A DNA stretch of 64,000 nt, taken from NCBI GenBank assembly GCA_032718475.1, contig JAUCBJ010008627.1, positions 1-64,000 of the forward strand. The letters are read 5' to 3'. The DNA comes from Nemertoderma westbladi. Its lineage: Eukaryota > Animalia > Xenacoelomorpha. Of this stretch, positions 59,274 to 64,000 are shown piece after piece. Under the pieces are notes generated by a model that saw only the letters and a program-made list of their open reading frames with translations, searched no databases and was not told where the DNA came from. The first letter of the stretch is position 1. The number at the start of each line of letters is the position of its first letter. The translations under genes and the position numbers were made by a program.

Positions 59274-62200
59274 TTAGTCTTTCTTGCGAGGACGGCGTTT
59301 GCGCAGTTTTTTGAGGCTAGCAAGAGTCCTTTTCTCTTTGGGGCGAGCCACTTTACTAGGAGGGCTATAACTCCTGGGTGAAGGGTATAATACAATTGCA
59401 TCGGAAGGTTTAGGATTACGGTCGGTGTATCCGCCGGTCGAGGTACCTGATTAATCGATATCAACCTCAGTGGAGCGAGGTCTAATGGCCTTTAGAGCGC
59501 GTTTTAGGACAGCAGCTCCTACTGGTCCCTGACGAGTCGTCTGAACGATAGCGGTAGGTGGACCGTGAGTAGTGAGAAACTTCCTCGGTTTAATGGTTCT
59601 TTCCAACTGGCGTTCTCGGGCTCGATATTCGTATGGCCGTCGATGTACTTCCTGTAACTCTGGATGCGAGTTGATAAACAAATCGCCATACTCCGGGTCT
59701 TGACGGATGAAGTTGATCAAGTTGTATGAATTAATATCATTAGGATTGATGTTCCTGAGATATTTACGAACAAATTTGGTGGAAATACACTCACCAACAC
59801 TCTTCATTAGTTCGTAACTCGGTGTGCGTGATTTTTGTTCAACAGACGCGAATAGATAAGGATGGAACGCATAAACTCCTTCGTAGGCGCGTCCAGGGTA
59901 ATAGCGATGGCGTGACTCACAGTGTAAATCCGCATTCGATTCCCAAGCTCGGATGTAGCGCAGGGTAATCATTTCATCTACGCTTTCCAGATCGCGGTTA
60001 AAAGGGCAATCAAAACTGGCATGTCCTTTAAGTTGACAATGATGGCATTGAGTCATAAATTGGGGGCAGACGGCGAAAATGTGCAAGTTATTGAGTCTGC
60101 AATACGCACAATAGATCTCCATCGCCGGTTGTTCGTGGAAATAGGAGCAGGGTACGTCTGAGTCCATGGGGGTGAGATGATCTCTCGATGCGCATAATCG
60201 GCAACGTTTTCGAGAAACATAGTTGGCGTGTCGATAATCGTATGCAGTGAGACATTGTGGACCTTGATACCATTCTAAAACGTAGTCGTTGTCGCTGCTC
60301 CGAGGTGCTATAGGCTGAATCTCCTCGGATTCTAAGCATATTGGTTCGTCTTCCAATTGCATAGCTGAGGTAGGTGCGGCTGTCTCCTCAAGCGAACCCA
60401 CTGTCTGAACTTCCACGATAGAATAACCCGTGGGTATTCGAGGTCTTTGTATAACAGAGGAATGTAAGTTCTGTATACAAACGTCTTTGAAAATGGCGAA
60501 TCCAGCGCTGTCTAACTTCTCAGCTGCTGAGTCTCTTAGGCTGAGCTTAGTCAGAGCGCGGTCCTTGAACTGACTATCAACGTTACGGAACGGAGTCAGA
60601 AAGCGCCTGAAACATTCAAAGCGGATGAATTTATTGTGTTCATCTAGCTTGGCGAGTTTGGTTCCAAGTATTAAGGGATGGGCGCGTATAGTACGACTGC
60701 ACACATCGGCTAGCCAACCGGCAAGTGCGGTGTTTTCAAAGATCGTGTATATAGCTAAGGAGGGACGAAGTGGAACACTCATAAAGCTATACACGACGCC
60801 AGGTGCGGTCAATGGTCCGTCAAAGTATAATCGAGAATAATGATCTCCATACACTTGTTGATAGTTGATAGGATTTCCGACCTTGAAATTCCATCCGTAT
60901 TCTTGAAAGGCAAGATGTCCGATGGAAGTTCGTTGTACTTTAGTAATGCCGCTGGGTGTATTGGCATACATAGTGCGGAAGAAACCTCGGCCTTCTGCCC
61001 AGGGAGCAATCAGCTGAGTATCTACGAAAGGATATGGGATATTCTCCATGTTCCTAAAGTCGTTATGGAGATCTCCATAAACAGCTGAGCCGATTTTAAG
61101 GATTCTTTCGTTAAACAACATCTCGAGCACGGGCTGGGGTAACATTGATCCATCGATACCCATGGCCGGTTTGCGCTCGGTGTCAGTGACGTAACGCTGC
61201 GCGAGTTCGAATTGTCCATGTCGGAGTTTCTTTTGTATCTCGTTGAGGGTCTCAAAAGAATAATCAATCACATCGGAACACGCTCGAGTAAATACGTGGG
61301 TAGAACCAGCTAGTCCTCGTATATGTATCATGCGCGTAGTTCCCAGTTCTCCAACCGGAACGCTACCTTCGTTATCGGAAGTGACAACTCCATACATCTC
61401 GATAACGTTAAGAGTTTCGTTCCACTCCTTTGTGGCGTTTTCTAAAGTCATTCCCACTGGATGCCACAAGGTGGCGCATTCGATAGCATTAGGTAGATCT
61501 CTATACTTCAAATACTGTGTAGTATATGTTTCTACATCTCCATATCGTTGTATTCTTTCCTCCTCGAATAACATGTCGAGATTCCAGTGGACTAATCGAG
61601 TTTTGATAAATCCATCGAGATTATACGGAGGTATTGTATCTTTCTCTATTCTGGAAACATTATAGGGTTTTCGGAATGAGTTTACTTTCACTAACTGATC
61701 CAGATGTTTCTGCAGTTGTTCGAGTTCGACAAGATCGAGAGGATTTATTAGTGGTAGAAACCTTAGACTATGTGTAGGATCTTCCGGTTTTACCATGTGA
61801 TATTGAATTAGATTGACATAATAAGGGTGATCTTTGATCCCATAAAACGAGTTCGGTAAAGGTCTAGCGCGTATGTTGACCTCGTGTACCATACGACGGA
61901 CAAGATCAGCTCTATTGTCCGGAGGTTCTACGAGTATACCATCAACACGAGCGGTCTCGATTGGCGGACGTTGCAACATAGGAGCGTCAGCGATAAGATC
62001 CCGAGACCTTAGGTTGATATCAACCGGTTGAAGTTGTGCCGTGGCGAAGAGTTTGTCTCCGAAATGGGGAACCATCGAAGGATGAATGATGGTTTTAGAA
62101 TAGAGATCAGTCATAAGGATTTGAGCTTCTGGCTGGGCTAAAGCTGCTTCTTCTCTCTCATCCATTTCTATGTGTTTCTCCTCGAGCTGATTTTCCTCCG

Positions 62201-63527
62201 CTTGTCGTTGTAAATGCTCATCTAGGAACTCTTGTAGAGAATAGGTTCGTCCAAGTTCAATGTCTTCCTCGAGGTTCTGGATTTCTCGATCGAACTGGGG
62301 TAAAGCTAATTCCTTCACTGCTTGGACTTGTTGCTGCAATTTGCGTTTCTCTAGACAATCGTAAGTTCCTTTCCCGATCTTCTGCCGAATAGCGTCTAAC
62401 GCGTTTCGTACAAAACTCTCCTCGACTTCGGTGACGGGTTGCATCGGGGTTAAACCGGGACGATTGTACGGGTTGAATGGCGATATTAGATGCCCGCGTC
62501 CCAATCCGGCTAGGTAGGATGGGCGAATATCTAGCGAGCCCACTACCGGAGTGCCACCGATTAATTGTTCGGGTAACACAAGATCTTTAAATAGCGAGTA
62601 CAGTTCAGGGGGATCCGTTATATTATTAGGATCAAGCGTTTGAGATCTCACTAAGGAATGAGGAGGTCTGACCGAGTATTCCGGAACTCTGATCATGGGT
62701 TTCTTTAAGGATCATTTGAGTCGAGCGAGCGTAGGTGGTACGTCGAACAGGTTTCGCTCGAAACTTCCATAAGTATATCGTGTAAAACTGTGTTTAGCGC
62801 AACGTCTCCGTGGATGTTTATGTCTTTCCGTTTGCTGATTGGGTCTAGGGCATTCATCGCAGTAATACCAAAGACGCACGTCCTGCAGGGGAAACGCGGG
62901 TGATCGTTCTCCAGTTTTACAATATTCCTCCATCTGTTCGAAGCTATCTGGGACGACAGGTAGCGGTCGATCGGCGGTAAGATACATCATAGTGAAATAG
63001 AGCCGTTTGAGTTCTATCATAGGGTCATGATGTATACCTTGAGGATATCGAGTTTCTAGATTTTGTTGACTGGCAATATTGAGATATGTTTCTCTCAAAA
63101 ATTCCAGATAATCATTGAAGTCGCTGCGTTTATCCGGCTCTTCAACATCTTCTCTTTCGAGTCGGTTCCGAATATAATTCTCGTGTTCTATTCTCGGTTT
63201 ATCGTTCCGACTCCGCTGGGTATGATATTTAAATAAAACCATTTCCCTTTCGGTGTCTACATCGTCCGTATCGTGTAAATCGATAGGATGGCTGGTAGTT
63301 AAGAAGTCCATATACGTACCATTACGATGCGTATAGCGAGCGGTGAATTTTCTATAGTCCAATTCACGCGTAAGTTGCTCCTGGGACATTGGCGGTTCGA
63401 TATAACGACCATCGTCCTCCGTAGTAGTTGGACTAGCGTCGCCGCGTATCAAGCTATCAACAAACGCTTGTAAAGGTAGAGTATATCGCTCCCTGATACC
63501 AAGATCATCTTCTATCAACTCAGTCAT
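59274..63527 (-). pseudogene. Accessory exonuclease-like/zinc-knuckle ORF of copy 2, with premature stops at 62712 and 59451
   Basis: Near-identical to the copy-1 protein. Two CAA codons of copy 1 read TGA (62712) and TAA (59451) here. Confidence 0.88.
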
Positions 63528-64000
63528 AGCTGGTATATGAGTTTATTAATATTATAATGAGTTTATAATTAGGCTAGCGGGCGTCGCTGCCTAACCATCT
63601 CGGCCCCTGGACAGTGCAAGATCCTCAGCGCCGATGTACCGTCGTCGCTGTGTTTTTCGCCAATGTAGTAGCTACACAACGACAACGATAACCGGCACAA
63701 GTCACTCCACTGTCCGTCCCAAAGGCTTAGATTTACTTCAGGTTCTTACTGCAGAGTTAGGGCTACTTTCACAATTGCGACTCGATACTGTAAACACACT
63801 TTAGTAGTAACATTCACCTATAAACGCACAAATTCCACACAACTGTCACAAATTGTACACATTCGGGCCATTTGTCCGTTAGTCAAGTGCCTTCCAGAAT
63901 GCCACGTTATTATTATGTATCCTTGGATACTAGCAGTGTACTATTTATTCCCTATGCTATTCAATGGGGCAAGCTTTCTATTGTTCTTTTTACTCGCTTC

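Larger units (their letters stand above)
58024..64000 (-). mobile_element. BEL/Pao retrotransposon, copy 2 (3' part; continues beyond the window)
   Basis: Colinear with copy 1 from the LTR through the accessory ORF into the spacer; offset about 55.5 kb. Confidence 0.93.

Overview
This is repeat-dense eukaryotic (most likely invertebrate animal) genomic DNA. The only host gene visible is an SLC18B1-like MFS transporter on the minus strand, with exons at 22613-23445 and 969-1201. Its 21.4-kb intron holds an ~18.4-kb BEL/Pao LTR retrotransposon (3048-21477). The element's gag-pol is decayed, but in the env position it carries a ~1350-1417 aa non-envelope ORF with a WRN/Mut-7-like DEDD 3'-5' exonuclease-type domain, three CCHC zinc knuckles and a basic tail. 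A second copy of the same family starts at 58024 and runs off the window. The element has no tRNA-type primer binding site. Instead, the 18 nt after the 5' LTR are complementary to a site inside the LTR, which suggests Tf1-like self-priming in a BEL/Pao element. Positions 29831-55830 are a head-to-tail array of Helentron-type non-autonomous rolling-circle elements (HINE/DINE-1-like) with co-varying subterminal inverted repeats, GCCGA satellites and an inserted RTEX LINE. Also present: RTE and CRE LINE fragments, MITEs, a 32-bp minisatellite, and many TACAGTA/TAGGCCTA motifs that look like transposon excision footprints. All family assignments come from motif recognition by eye, not database searches.
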